Shown piece by piece: positions 25,037-34,613 of a stretch of 64,000 nt of DNA (its first letter is position 1; the number at the start of each line of letters is the position of its first letter). The position numbers and the translations under genes are program-made. Source of the stretch: an uncultured Candidatus Peribacteria bacterium (GTDB taxonomy: Bacteria; Patescibacteriota; Gracilibacteria; Peribacterales; Peribacteraceae); assembly GCA_964640945.1 (NCBI GenBank), contig CAZXIV010000002.1:368-64367 (forward strand), in the 5' to 3' direction. The notes under the pieces are model-generated. The model did no database searches and had not been told where the DNA came from. It saw only the letters and a program-made list of their open reading frames with translations.

Positions 25037-25414
25037 TTACTTTTTCATCGCGTCCGGCTTTTGCGGAACCTCGGAAGTGGCTCCCTCTGGGATGCCAATG
25101 TGGACCTCAGGAGTGAAAAACGTGCCACCGAGGCGAATTGTCACCTTTGCGCCACCGACGTTGGCCACCTTCGGGGTGTGGCCGCGGACAATCAATTTTT
25201 GGCCGCCGTCCGCCGTCTTCTCGACGACGATCGTCGGCGACTTACTGATAACCTTGGACTTCTCCGGCATGTACTCCATGCCCGGGGGTAGCACAATGAC
25301 GGCATCCTTGCCCGCCATATAGACCTTGATCACCGGCGGGACAGAGGCAGGCTGTTGGGCCGCAGCGGCTGCGACGAGCAACAACGTGACGGCGACAGCA
25401 CAGAAACGAACCAT
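25037..25414 (-). CDS. secreted hypothetical protein
   Basis: Start taken at the ATG of 'MVRFCAVAVTLLLVAAAAAQQ' (signal peptide), by codon count from track ORF 25037..25498, with GGAG upstream. No family recognised. Confidence 0.5.
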   Translation of the reverse strand: MVRFCAVAVTLLLVAAAAAQQPASVPPVIKVYMAGKDAVIVLPPGMEYMPEKSKVISKSPTIVVEKTADGGQKLIVRGHTPKVANVGGAKVTIRLGGTFFTPEVHIGIPEGATSEVPQKPDAMKK

Positions 25415-25468
25415 ACGAGATCTCCTACAAAAAAAACGGACTAGTGGTGAGAAAGTAACGCTATCTAT

Positions 25469-25497
25469 ATTATACAATATATAATACATATTGTACA
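25469..25497 (-). promoter_or_regulatory. promoter TGTACA-N17-TATAAT in an AT-rich palindromic region
   Basis: Read on the minus strand. Embedded in the inverted repeat TACAATAT (25473-25480) / ATATTGTA (25488-25495). Confidence 0.45.
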
Positions 25498-25551
25498 TTT
25501 AGAGATTCTGGCCTAGATGCGGCCGAAAGGGGCCATCCCTATACTTCCGCT

Positions 25552-26622
25552 GTGGAAACGCGCACCAGTTTCGTCGCAAGATTTACTCCCGCCTTCGAGA
25601 TAGAGGTGGCCCGCCTGTGCGCGGCGATGACCAGCGTGTCGACCGATCCCTGCATCCGCGAGACCTACGGCCAAGTGCAGGCGCTGGCCGCCGGCAGCGC
25701 CAAACGCATCCGCCCCTACGTAGCCTCACTCCTCTTTCGTGACGCGGCCGGCACTAACTCGGACGCGCCGATCATGCCGGCACTCGTCGCCCTCGAGGCC
25801 TTCCATCTCTTTGCGCTCGTCCACGACGACATCATGGATGACGCCGACGAGCGCTACGGCATCCGGACGCTGCACGCCTTCATCCGCGAACGCGAGCAGG
25901 CCCGTTTGGGCGCGCGCGGCGCCGACCAGCTCGGCCGCGCCCACGCCATCCTCGCCGGGGACGCCCTCCTCACACTCGTCCATGATCTCTTCGTCCGCCT
26001 GGCAGAAGAGCAACCGACCCTGCCCGTCACGACCGCCCATCGCTTACTTATCAAAGTGAGCCACGAGATCGTCACCGGCCAGCACCTCGATATCGCCTTC
26101 ACGGTCCGCCCGGATTGCGCCGAAGCCGACATCATCCAACGCCACCACCTCAAGACCGCGCTCTATACCTTCGCTCGGCCGATGCAAATCGGCGCCGTGC
26201 TCGGCGGAGGAAAGAAAGACACGCTCGTCTTTTGCGAGGCCTTCGGTTCCGCCCTAGGCGTCGGTTTCCAGCTGGAGGACGACTTGCTCGACCTGCTCGG
26301 AGACGAGGCTGAGACCGGCAAGACGCCAGGTATCGACATCACCCAGTGCCAGCACACGCTGCTCACCCAGCACGTAAAGGAGCGCGGCACACCCGAGCAG
26401 AAAGCCCTTCTCACCACGCTCTGGGGCAAACATTTTGCGGCCGGCGACTTGGCCAACGCCCGGACGCTCTTTACCGAAAGCGGGGCCGTGGACGCCCTCC
26501 GCGCCAAGGCCACCGCCGCCTTCGACGAGGCCGACCGACTGCTGGCTCAGTGCCCTCTGCAACCGGCCACCAAGGAAACGCTCGGCGGCCTGGTGTCATT
26601 CTTGCGCCAACGCCTGCCATGA
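25552..26622 (+). CDS. crtE: polyprenyl (geranylgeranyl) diphosphate synthase
   Basis: 356 aa. First Asp-rich motif 'LVHDDIMDDADERYG' and second 'QLEDDLLDLLGD'. GTG start 6 nt after a TATACT box. Confidence 0.85.
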   Translation: METRTSFVARFTPAFEIEVARLCAAMTSVSTDPCIRETYGQVQALAAGSAKRIRPYVASLLFRDAAGTNSDAPIMPALVALEAFHLFALVHDDIMDDADERYGIRTLHAFIREREQARLGARGADQLGRAHAILAGDALLTLVHDLFVRLAEEQPTLPVTTAHRLLIKVSHEIVTGQHLDIAFTVRPDCAEADIIQRHHLKTALYTFARPMQIGAVLGGGKKDTLVFCEAFGSALGVGFQLEDDLLDLLGDEAETGKTPGIDITQCQHTLLTQHVKERGTPEQKALLTTLWGKHFAAGDLANARTLFTESGAVDALRAKATAAFDEADRLLAQCPLQPATKETLGGLVSFLRQRLP

Positions 26623-27485
26623 CCGCCTGGTCGCGCCCCGAGGATGTGGCGGTCTGCGCGGCCATCCAACGCCGTCACGCGTCCACCTACGCCCTGGCCA
26701 CGCGCTTCTTCCCGCCGCGTGTACGCGCCGCCACCCAGGTGTTCTACGCCTTCGTGCGGACGGCCGATGACTTGGTCGATGAGCCGACCGATCCCGATCC
26801 CGAGGCGGTCCGCGCGATATTCGAGGACTGGACCGCTCGCTGGCACGCCGCCTACGCCGGCGCACCCTCGGACGATCCCGTCATCCGCGCCTCAGCCGCG
26901 CTCTTCCGCGAAGAAGAATTGCCGCTCGCCGACGCCGACGCCTTCTTGGCGGCCATGCGCCGCGACCTCGACTGCAAGCGCTACGGAACCTACGACGAGC
27001 TGATGCGCGGCTACGTCTATGGCTCGGCCGCCGTCATCGGCCAGGTGATGGCCCGACTCTGCGGCGCGCAGGACGAAGCCACGCTCGTCACCGCCCGCCA
27101 GCTCGGCGAGGCGATGCAACTGACAAACTTCCTCCGCGATGTACGCGCCGACCTGCTGCAGCGCGAGCGCCTCTACCTAGCCGACGAGGACTTGGTCTTC
27201 TACGGTGTGAGCGACGCCGATATCCGCGCCGGCCGCCTGACGCCGGGTTTCAAAGACCTAATGCGCGAGTACGTCCGCCGGGCACGTACACTGTATATCT
27301 CCGCCGACGCCGGCATCCCCCGCCTGCCGCCCTACGCGCAGAAAGCGGTCCGCCTGAGCCGCATCCTCTACGCCCGCATCCTCGACCAGATCGAAGCCCA
27401 GGACTACGACGTCTTCACGCGCCGCGCCTCGGTGCCCCCGCTTCGAAAACTTTTCACTGCCGCCCGCATCCTCCTCCTGCCGTGA
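26619..27485 (+). CDS. crtB: phytoene/squalene synthase family protein (phytoene synthase)
   Basis: Start at ATG 26619 (ATGA overlap with the crtE stop). 'STYALATRFFPP..R.A....YAFVRTADDLVDE' and 'QLTNFLRDVRADL...RLYL' motifs. Confidence 0.85.
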   Translation: MTAWSRPEDVAVCAAIQRRHASTYALATRFFPPRVRAATQVFYAFVRTADDLVDEPTDPDPEAVRAIFEDWTARWHAAYAGAPSDDPVIRASAALFREEELPLADADAFLAAMRRDLDCKRYGTYDELMRGYVYGSAAVIGQVMARLCGAQDEATLVTARQLGEAMQLTNFLRDVRADLLQRERLYLADEDLVFYGVSDADIRAGRLTPGFKDLMREYVRRARTLYISADAGIPRLPPYAQKAVRLSRILYARILDQIEAQDYDVFTRRASVPPLRKLFTAARILLLP

Positions 27486-28987
27486 GCCAGCCAACCGTCA
27501 TCATCGGCTCAGGCATCGGCGGCCTAGCGCTCGCCTGCCTACTCGGTCAGCGCGGGGAAGAGGTGCTGGTACTTGAGAAGAACGAACAGCCCGGCGGCCG
27601 CGCCAGCCTGCTGGAAATAGATGGCTTCCGCTTCGATATGGGTCCCTCGTGGTACCTCATGCCCGAAGTGTTCGAACACTTCTTCGCGCTCCTCGGTGAA
27701 AAGATCGGCGACCATTTGCAGCTGGAGCGCCTGACCCCGAGCTACCGCGTCTTCTTTCCGGGCCAGCCCGAGCCGGTTGATATCCACTCCAATTTAGAGA
27801 AGGACCTGGCCACTTTCGAACGGCTGGAGCCCGGCTGCACGCAAAATCTCCTGGCCTACCTAGACGAAGCCAAACGAAAATACGAGTTCTCGCTCCAGAA
27901 TGTGCTCTACCGGAACGTCGATTCGATCTTCGACCTGATGCGGCCCGAGTACGCCGAGCACGCTAAAGGGCTGAAATTACTGCGCTCGATGGACCGCTAC
28001 ACCAAGTCGATGTTCAAGAGCGAGGAGCTCCGGCAGATCCTGCAGTACTCGCTGGTATTCCTCGGGAACTCGCCGAAGAACTGCCCGGCGCTCTACAGCA
28101 TCATGACGCACATCGACATGGCCCAGGGCGTCTTCTATCCCCAGGGCGGCCTCACGACCGTCATCGCCGCGCTCGTGAAGCTAGCCAAGGCCCGCGGGGT
28201 GAAGATCCGCTGCGATGCCGAAGTGACGCGCATCGAGACAGAGGGCAAACGCGCCACGGGCGTCGTACTCGCCTCGGGCGAACGCCTCGCCGCCGACCGG
28301 GTGGTGAGTAACGCCGACCGCCACTGGACCGATACGGTGTTACTCCCGCCCCTGAAAGGCAATACCAGCGAGCGCTACTGGAAAAAGGCCGTCCTGGCGC
28401 CATCGGCGCACATCCTGTATCTCGGCGTCCGCGGCCGCTGTGAGAGCCTGGCGCACCATAACTTCATCTTCGCGAAGGATTGGGACCGTCACTTCGAGAC
28501 CATCTTCGGTCAGGCGGCCTGGCCCGATGAACCGTGCGTGTACGTCAGCGCTCCTAGCCGCACCGATCCCGGCGTCGCCCCACCTGACTGCGAGAATTTA
28601 TTCGTCCTCGTGCCGCTGGCGCCGGGCTTCGAGCGGCCGGAGAGCGAACAACTCGCCTTCGAGGAACGGCTGCTCGCGCTGATGGAAAAGAATTTGCGCC
28701 TGCCGGGATTGCGCGAGCGCCTCATCGTTCGCCGCCGCTTCACGGTCCAGGACTTTCGCGAGCGCTACCACAGCGTCCGCGGGACGGCCTTGGGCTTGGC
28801 CCACACCCTGCGCCAAACCTCACTGCTCAGACCCGGAAATCGCCACAAAACCCTCGAGAACCTCGATTATGTGGGTGCCGGCACCGTCCCAGGCATCGGT
28901 TTGCCGGTGTGTCTCATCAGTGCGGAGCTGGCGTTGAAGCGCCACATCGGCGATGATTCAGGGCGTCCCCTGCCCTGCCCATGCTGA
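27482..28987 (+). CDS. crtI: phytoene desaturase (CrtI family)
   Basis: 501 aa. 'VIIGSGIGGLALACLLGQRGEEVLVLEKNEQPGGRA' FAD fold and C-terminal 'YVGAGTVPGIGLPVCLISAE'. GTGA overlap with crtB. Confidence 0.9.
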   Translation: MSQPTVIIGSGIGGLALACLLGQRGEEVLVLEKNEQPGGRASLLEIDGFRFDMGPSWYLMPEVFEHFFALLGEKIGDHLQLERLTPSYRVFFPGQPEPVDIHSNLEKDLATFERLEPGCTQNLLAYLDEAKRKYEFSLQNVLYRNVDSIFDLMRPEYAEHAKGLKLLRSMDRYTKSMFKSEELRQILQYSLVFLGNSPKNCPALYSIMTHIDMAQGVFYPQGGLTTVIAALVKLAKARGVKIRCDAEVTRIETEGKRATGVVLASGERLAADRVVSNADRHWTDTVLLPPLKGNTSERYWKKAVLAPSAHILYLGVRGRCESLAHHNFIFAKDWDRHFETIFGQAAWPDEPCVYVSAPSRTDPGVAPPDCENLFVLVPLAPGFERPESEQLAFEERLLALMEKNLRLPGLRERLIVRRRFTVQDFRERYHSVRGTALGLAHTLRQTSLLRPGNRHKTLENLDYVGAGTVPGIGLPVCLISAELALKRHIGDDSGRPLPCPC

Positions 28988-29805
28988 AGACCCTCCTCGT
29001 CATCTCGCGCCCCCGCTTCTGGCTCTACCTGGCCGGCCCCGCGCTAGTGGGTCTCGCCGCCAGCGAGAATATCTGGAACGCATTGTCGCACTGGCAAATC
29101 GTCCTCTTCCTCCTCGCTTGGACGCTGCCGGCCAATCTCTTCCTCTACGGCGTGAACGATCTGGCCGACGCCGATACCGACGCGGAGAATCCCAAGAAGT
29201 CCGAGTACGAGCACCGCCTGAAGAAGAGCGAGCAGAAGCCGCTCGTCATCGCCATCTGTGCCTCAATGCTCCTCTTGGCTATCTCCGCCTTCCTCGTCGG
29301 TTCTCTCGGCGCGATGGCTTGGACCGCGGTCTTTTTGATCCTCGGTGTTAGCTACAGCCTGCCGCCCCAGCGTTTCAAGGCCGTGGCCTTCGCTGACTCC
29401 GCCAGTAACATTCTCTACGTTGCCGCCGGCTTCGCGATGGCGGGCGCCGTGGGCCTCTCCATACCGGTCATCGTCATTATCGCCGCCTGGGCCTGGGCCG
29501 CGGCCATGCATCTCTTCTCCGCCATCCCCGACATCACCCCCGATACGCAGGCAGGCCTCCGCACTACCGCCGTCGTTCTGGGACGCCAAGACTCATTACT
29601 CCTCTGCTTGGCGCTGTGGTTCCTGGCCGATCAAGTGGCCCTGCACCTGGGTTTCAGCGTCGTCGGTCTTTTGGGCCTCATCTACGCCATCATCCCGATT
29701 GTGCTCGTGGCCCGGCCCGAGTTGCCGGTGTTCGCCGTCTACCGCTGGATGCCGGTGGTAAACACCATCGTCGGCCTCGTCCTCTTCTTCACGCTGGCGC
29801 TGTGA
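28981..29805 (+). CDS. UbiA-family prenyltransferase (lycopene-elongase-like by context)
   Basis: 274 aa with about 8 TM helices and the 'NDLADADTDAENPKK' Asp-rich motif. Overlaps the crtI stop by 7 nt. Size is similar to carotenoid elongases, but the function is inferred from context only. Confidence 0.65.
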   Translation: MLKTLLVISRPRFWLYLAGPALVGLAASENIWNALSHWQIVLFLLAWTLPANLFLYGVNDLADADTDAENPKKSEYEHRLKKSEQKPLVIAICASMLLLAISAFLVGSLGAMAWTAVFLILGVSYSLPPQRFKAVAFADSASNILYVAAGFAMAGAVGLSIPVIVIIAAWAWAAAMHLFSAIPDITPDTQAGLRTTAVVLGRQDSLLLCLALWFLADQVALHLGFSVVGLLGLIYAIIPIVLVARPELPVFAVYRWMPVVNTIVGLVLFFTLAL

Positions 29806-30551
29806 GCGCGGACGCCGCCCCGATACGGGTGAGCGTGATTATCCCGGCCCTGGAAGAAGAACACTGGCTGCCGCTGCTCCTAAGCGATCTGGCCCGCCAA
29901 ACGCTGAAGCCGGCGGAAATTTTGGTCGTGGACGGCGGTTCGGCCGACCGCACGCGCGACGTGGCCGCTACCGGCGGCGCGACCGTGATCGCATCGCCGC
30001 GGGGCGTCGGCCATCAGCGCGATCTGGGCGGACACACCGCCACGGGTAACCTGCTCGTCTTCCTGGACGCGGATACCCGCCTAGAACCTGGTACGCTCGC
30101 GGCGCTCGTCGCCGCTTTCACTCAAAAGCGCGCCGATTGCGCCTGCCCGCGCTTCCGGCCCTGGCGCTCGACAGTGGCTATCCGCGCCATCTTCGCGGTG
30201 TTCAACGCCATGTTCTGGCTGCTGCAGAAACTCGTCGCCTCGGGCGCGGGCTGCTGCATCGTGGTGACGGCCGCACACTTCCAGCGGATCGGCGGCTTCC
30301 GCTCGGATACCGTGTACGACGATATCGCCTTCATCCGCGCCGCCTCGCGCGCGGGACGATTCAGCATCTTGCCCGTGGATGTCTTTGTCTCCGACCGGCG
30401 CTTCCGCCGCGAAGGGACGCTCGTCGTCCTCCTGCGCTGGCTGGCGCTCTGCCCATTTTTCTTCTTGGGGATCTTCAAGATCCAGCGACTGATCCCCTAC
30501 CGCTTTGCCCATTACCAGGAGAAAAGCGAGAATCAGCCGCTGGAGAGGTGA
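29802..30551 (+). CDS. family 2 glycosyltransferase
   Basis: Start at GTG 29802 (GTGA overlap). 'VSVIIPALEEEHWLPLLLSDLARQT...ILVVDGGSADRT' and 'FLDADT' (DxD). Confidence 0.75.
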   Translation: MSADAAPIRVSVIIPALEEEHWLPLLLSDLARQTLKPAEILVVDGGSADRTRDVAATGGATVIASPRGVGHQRDLGGHTATGNLLVFLDADTRLEPGTLAALVAAFTQKRADCACPRFRPWRSTVAIRAIFAVFNAMFWLLQKLVASGAGCCIVVTAAHFQRIGGFRSDTVYDDIAFIRAASRAGRFSILPVDVFVSDRRFRREGTLVVLLRWLALCPFFFLGIFKIQRLIPYRFAHYQEKSENQPLER

Positions 30552-31781
30552 TCACTGCGTAAAGCGGGGGCCGACGCCGAGTGGCGATTCGAGGTCCACC
30601 CAATCATAGGTCGTGATGCCGTCGGTCCAAGTGATGACGCCGGGCGCCGAAACGGAGCCCGATTCGCCGAGCGAGAGCTGTACGTAGGCCAAGTTCGGCG
30701 TGCCGATGATGGCTACGTCGCCGTAGACACGCAGGCGAACGGAGCTGTTCTTCGGGATGGAGCCGATGCCGGCAGGCAGGCTATTGCAGATCACCTGGTT
30801 ACTGGAGACGGAGCACGTGGTGGAGGTCGCGCCGTCGGCGGCCTGCAGGCGGACGTTCGTCAGGCTGATACCGGCTTGTGAGAGCGTGAAGGTCAGATCT
30901 GACAAACGCACCGCCGCCTCGCCATCGCTCGTTTCGGCTGAGACGTTAAAATCCCACAGTAACTGGCTAGCGCCCGTAGTGAGCGGCCAGTTGCCGACTG
31001 TGTTGGCTGAGGTGACGATGCCAGTAATGCGGCCGCGGGCCGTTTGCGAGGCAGGCAGCGTCTCAGTGGAAGTGACACTATAGTGCTCGGTGCTCCAATC
31101 GCCGGTGGCCTCGAGCGTCACTTGGTCGATGCCGATGGTCTCGCCGCCGCTACCGCCGCTATCCTTATTGCTCAACACGCCGCGGATGTAGATGGTGGCG
31201 TCGTTGCCTTTGTTGATCATAAAAGCGCCCAGAGAGATGGTGGCGCGGTAGCGCATGGGCTGCGAGGCGTCGCGCGTGGCGGTGGCCAGCAATTGACCAT
31301 TAAGAGCGTAGATGCGGATCGCCTCCAGCGAGGCGACGGGGCCATTGAGCTCAACCGTAACAGCATCGGCCGTCAGCGGCTCCTGCAGACTCGTGAAGCG
31401 AACGACGGCCAGCGTGGGCGTCGCCTTACCTAAAAGCAGGAGACGCGACTGCACCGGCTCGGCCGTGATGGGATCAAAACCCGGCTGGGACGAGGTGGAA
31501 GAGGAGCGGCTTGAGGACGAGTGCGACGACGATGAGGACGAGCTCGGGGGGCGAATGATGGGGCCTTGAGACGAGGACGACGAGGTACTCATTGAGGAAA
31601 GCCGACGGCAGGCGGCCGGACGGCGCTGAGCCAGTGGTGTGGCGCAAAAGCGCTCAAGGCGCTGCCGCATGGAACGCGCAAAGATTCCCTCCGCCTGGGC
31701 AGCGGGCGACTCAAATGCCAACGGCGCTAGGAGAGGCAGCGCAGCGATGGCGATGGCAGTGAAAAGAAGTCGGCGGTTCAT
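30552..31781 (-). CDS. secreted protein with a Ser-rich linker, hypothetical
   Basis: Start at ATG 31781 ('MNRRLLFTAIAIAALPLLAPLA' signal peptide). Long poly-Ser tract, then a beta-rich domain. Its stop abuts the GT2 stop. Confidence 0.55.
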   Translation of the reverse strand: MNRRLLFTAIAIAALPLLAPLAFESPAAQAEGIFARSMRQRLERFCATPLAQRRPAACRRLSSMSTSSSSSQGPIIRPPSSSSSSSHSSSSRSSSTSSQPGFDPITAEPVQSRLLLLGKATPTLAVVRFTSLQEPLTADAVTVELNGPVASLEAIRIYALNGQLLATATRDASQPMRYRATISLGAFMINKGNDATIYIRGVLSNKDSGGSGGETIGIDQVTLEATGDWSTEHYSVTSTETLPASQTARGRITGIVTSANTVGNWPLTTGASQLLWDFNVSAETSDGEAAVRLSDLTFTLSQAGISLTNVRLQAADGATSTTCSVSSNQVICNSLPAGIGSIPKNSSVRLRVYGDVAIIGTPNLAYVQLSLGESGSVSAPGVITWTDGITTYDWVDLESPLGVGPRFTQ

Positions 31782-31869
31782 AGTGAGTGGGGAACGGGCG
31801 GAAACAAAGTCTGGCACTCAAGAAGACGAAGTAAAAGGATTTTCCTTACTTTACGCGCCGGGCGCTTCC

Positions 31870-32712
31870 GTGGGAGGCTGGGGCATCGGCTCGCTCTCCG
31901 CCCGCATCGGCAATTTTTGTAAGGCCCACCGCCTGCGTCTCAACACCGACCTCGGACAACACTTCTTAGTGGATGAAACGGTGCTCGATTCCGTGATTGA
32001 GAACGGCGGCGTTCGCCCCGGCGAGCGCGTACTCGAGATTGGACCAGGCATCGGCGTGCTCACTGAGCGCCTCCTGAAGGAAGGCGCCCGCGTCACGGCC
32101 GTCGAGCTCGACGAACGTATGATCCCGCTCTTGCAAGAGTTCACCGCCAGCGACGGCCATCCGCACCCCGCCCTGGAGATCATCGCGGGTAACGCCCTGC
32201 ACGTCCCCTTCCCCACTGAGCCCTACCGCATTGTCGCCAACATCCCCTACCACATCACCTCGCCCCTGCTGCGCCACGCGTTTTTAGAATCAGAGCGCTC
32301 ACCCCTGAGCCTGACTCTCCTGATCCAACGTGAGGTGGCCGAGCGCATCTGCGAAACGCACGACCGTGGCCTCCTCACCATCGTCGTCGCCCTGTTTGGC
32401 AAAGCACGACTGGTCCGCCACGTGCCACCCATCGCCTTCTTGCCGCCGCCCGCCGTCGACTCGGCCGTCCTCCACATTGATTGCTACGAGAAACCGCTCG
32501 TCGACGGCCTAGCCCTCGATCATCTGCTCTGGACGCTCAAGATGGGCTTCCACCAGAAGCGCAAGATGCTGCGCACCACCCTCGGCCACCTGCCCGGCGG
32601 CAAAGACGCCCTTGAAGGCGCAGGCATTGCCGGCGACCGCCGCCCGCAGACGCTGACACCCGTAGAGTGGATCGCTGTGGCCGCCCGCCTCCCCGGACCG
32701 AACCCGGCCTGA
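31870..32712 (+). CDS. rsmA: 16S rRNA (adenine1518/1519-N6)-dimethyltransferase
   Basis: 'LGQHFLVDETVLDSVI', 'VLEIGPGIGVLTERL', 'VELDERMIPLL' and 'VANIPYHITSPLL'. The start is uncertain. In-frame GTG 31870 was chosen because the track start 31639 would overlap the divergent gene. Confidence 0.8.
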   Translation: MGGWGIGSLSARIGNFCKAHRLRLNTDLGQHFLVDETVLDSVIENGGVRPGERVLEIGPGIGVLTERLLKEGARVTAVELDERMIPLLQEFTASDGHPHPALEIIAGNALHVPFPTEPYRIVANIPYHITSPLLRHAFLESERSPLSLTLLIQREVAERICETHDRGLLTIVVALFGKARLVRHVPPIAFLPPPAVDSAVLHIDCYEKPLVDGLALDHLLWTLKMGFHQKRKMLRTTLGHLPGGKDALEGAGIAGDRRPQTLTPVEWIAVAARLPGPNPA

Positions 32713-32713
32713 G

Positions 32714-34150
32714 ATGGTGCCGGCGCACGCGCTGCTGCTGGGCATCCCCGTCGGCGCGGCCCTGGGACTGGCCGGAACGCCGGCCCTGATCGGTGTGTGG
32801 CTGTGCCTCATACTCATGCTCAGCCCCCGACCCGCCTTCCGCTGGCGGGTGATGGTCGTGTTTGGCCTGGCCATCGGACTATTCCGCGCCGGACTAGTAC
32901 CCGCCCCACTCGCCCTCCCGGAGGGACGCTTCACCGTCACTGCCACGGTCCGCGATGTGCGCGAGAGCTGGCTAAAGACACGCTACTTTTTAACGGATGC
33001 CGCTACGACCAACGGGCAAGCACTCGGGGCAGTAGTAGCGACCGTCCGCAGTGCTGAGGCCGACGCCGGACCTGGTGACCAAGTGACGATCGTTGGTTCG
33101 CTCCTGCCCCCTACGCCCTACCTGGCGGCCCAAGGCCTCGTGGCCAGCCTCGAGGATGCGCGCGTCACAGTGGCCGCGCCGGGACCCTTCTCTCTTGGCA
33201 CTGGCTTAGCCCGCCTCCGCCGCGAGACGGAGCAGCGCCTCTCGGTCCTACTGCCCCTGCCCGAAAGCGCCTTGCTTTCGGGACTACTCCTCGGCACCGA
33301 TGAACGCCTCCCTCACACTGATAGCGACAATTTCCGCGCCGCAGGCCTCTCGCACCTCACCGCCGTCTCGGGCTCTAACGTCGCCCTCATTTTAAGTCTG
33401 ATGGGCCGCGCCCTCTGGTGGGTACCCAGACGATGGCAGCTGCTCCCCCTAGCGCTTGGCATCGGCGGCTTCACCCTCCTTGTCGGCGCACCGGCCTCCG
33501 CTGTCCGCGCGGCCCTCACGGGTGTGGTCGGCCTGATTGCCCTCCAAGGCGGCCGCCCCGCGGGGGGCCGGCGAGCGCTGATCCTCGCCCTGGCGGCCAT
33601 GACACTCTGGGAACCACGCCAGCTCATTGCCGACGCCGGTTTTCAACTCTCGTTCTTGGCCACGCTTGGCATTGTAGAATTAGGCCCGCCACTCAAGCGC
33701 CTGTGCGAGCGATGGTTACCCACCTTCCTCGCCGAAGCCACCGCCGTGACGTTGGCCGCCGAGCTGCCCACGCTGCCCTGGTCGGCCTGGATCTTCGGCA
33801 CGTTCTCCACCATCGCGCCATTCACCAACTTGGTCGCCGCTCCGCTCTCCGGCTTGGCAACCATGGGGGGCTTGGCGCTCCTCGGCACCAGTCTCCTCTT
33901 GCCGCCGCTCACGCTGCTGGTGCGGCCGGTGGCCTGGCTCGGGCTCCATGCTCTCATCGCCCTGGCGCACGTCGGCGCCACCCTGGGTGCGCTCTTGCCG
34001 GACCCAGGACCACCCCCGCTGCCGCTGCTCCTCTGCCTAGAAGGCGGACTACTCGCCGCTGCCCTGCTGTGGTCACGCCTTAGCGCCGGTACAGCCACAC
34101 CGTCTGGGGACCACGCCATGTTGGCACGACCTGCTCCGCCACGGGCGTAA
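32714..34150 (+). CDS. comEC: ComEC/Rec2-family membrane protein (short form, no metallo-beta-lactamase domain)
   Basis: 478 aa. 'FRAAGLSHLTAVSGSNVALI' competence-domain signature and many TM helices. Confidence 0.75.
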   Translation: MVPAHALLLGIPVGAALGLAGTPALIGVWLCLILMLSPRPAFRWRVMVVFGLAIGLFRAGLVPAPLALPEGRFTVTATVRDVRESWLKTRYFLTDAATTNGQALGAVVATVRSAEADAGPGDQVTIVGSLLPPTPYLAAQGLVASLEDARVTVAAPGPFSLGTGLARLRRETEQRLSVLLPLPESALLSGLLLGTDERLPHTDSDNFRAAGLSHLTAVSGSNVALILSLMGRALWWVPRRWQLLPLALGIGGFTLLVGAPASAVRAALTGVVGLIALQGGRPAGGRRALILALAAMTLWEPRQLIADAGFQLSFLATLGIVELGPPLKRLCERWLPTFLAEATAVTLAAELPTLPWSAWIFGTFSTIAPFTNLVAAPLSGLATMGGLALLGTSLLLPPLTLLVRPVAWLGLHALIALAHVGATLGALLPDPGPPPLPLLLCLEGGLLAAALLWSRLSAGTATPSGDHAMLARPAPPRA

Positions 34151-34613
34151 ATCCCGGCAGGGCAAAAGTGAGACTGGCAATGCGCGCGCCCGGTGGTAGC
34201 TCGGCCTGCAGTTTCGGTGAAAGTTCAGCCAACAGCGCCGGCGTGAGATACAGGAAGACCGCTGTCACATCGTGAATGTCGGTGGTCCGCGCGTCGGCGC
34301 AGGTGAAGACGGCTGGCGTGCGCGTCACAAACAGACGAATCTTCCCGTTGAGCCAGACCGGCCAGACGGCCTCCACCCCCCGAAGCGTCACGCCCGGCTG
34401 CCGCGAAGCGACGGTCAGCACCCGGCCGTCGCCCGCTCCTAAGTCGCAGAAAATATCGCCCGGCCTGAGCCCGAGGGCAGTGAGGGCCGCCACGATGGCG
34501 GCGTCGGGCGCGGGTACGAAGGGCACGCCTAAGATGAGGTGCTGAACGACCGCCCACACCAATAGGAGCAGCAAAACTACCGCCAGCACCAAGACCGCAT
34601 CAACGAGGATCAC
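34080..34613 (-). CDS. class I SAM-dependent methyltransferase with an N-terminal TM helix
   Basis: 177 aa. 'FCDLGAGDGRVL' motif I. Its 3' end overlaps the comEC 3' end convergently by about 70 nt. Confidence 0.6.
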   Translation of the reverse strand: MILVDAVLVLAVVLLLLLVWAVVQHLILGVPFVPAPDAAIVAALTALGLRPGDIFCDLGAGDGRVLTVASRQPGVTLRGVEAVWPVWLNGKIRLFVTRTPAVFTCADARTTDIHDVTAVFLYLTPALLAELSPKLQAELPPGARIASLTFALPGFTPVAEQVVPTWRGPQTVWLYRR

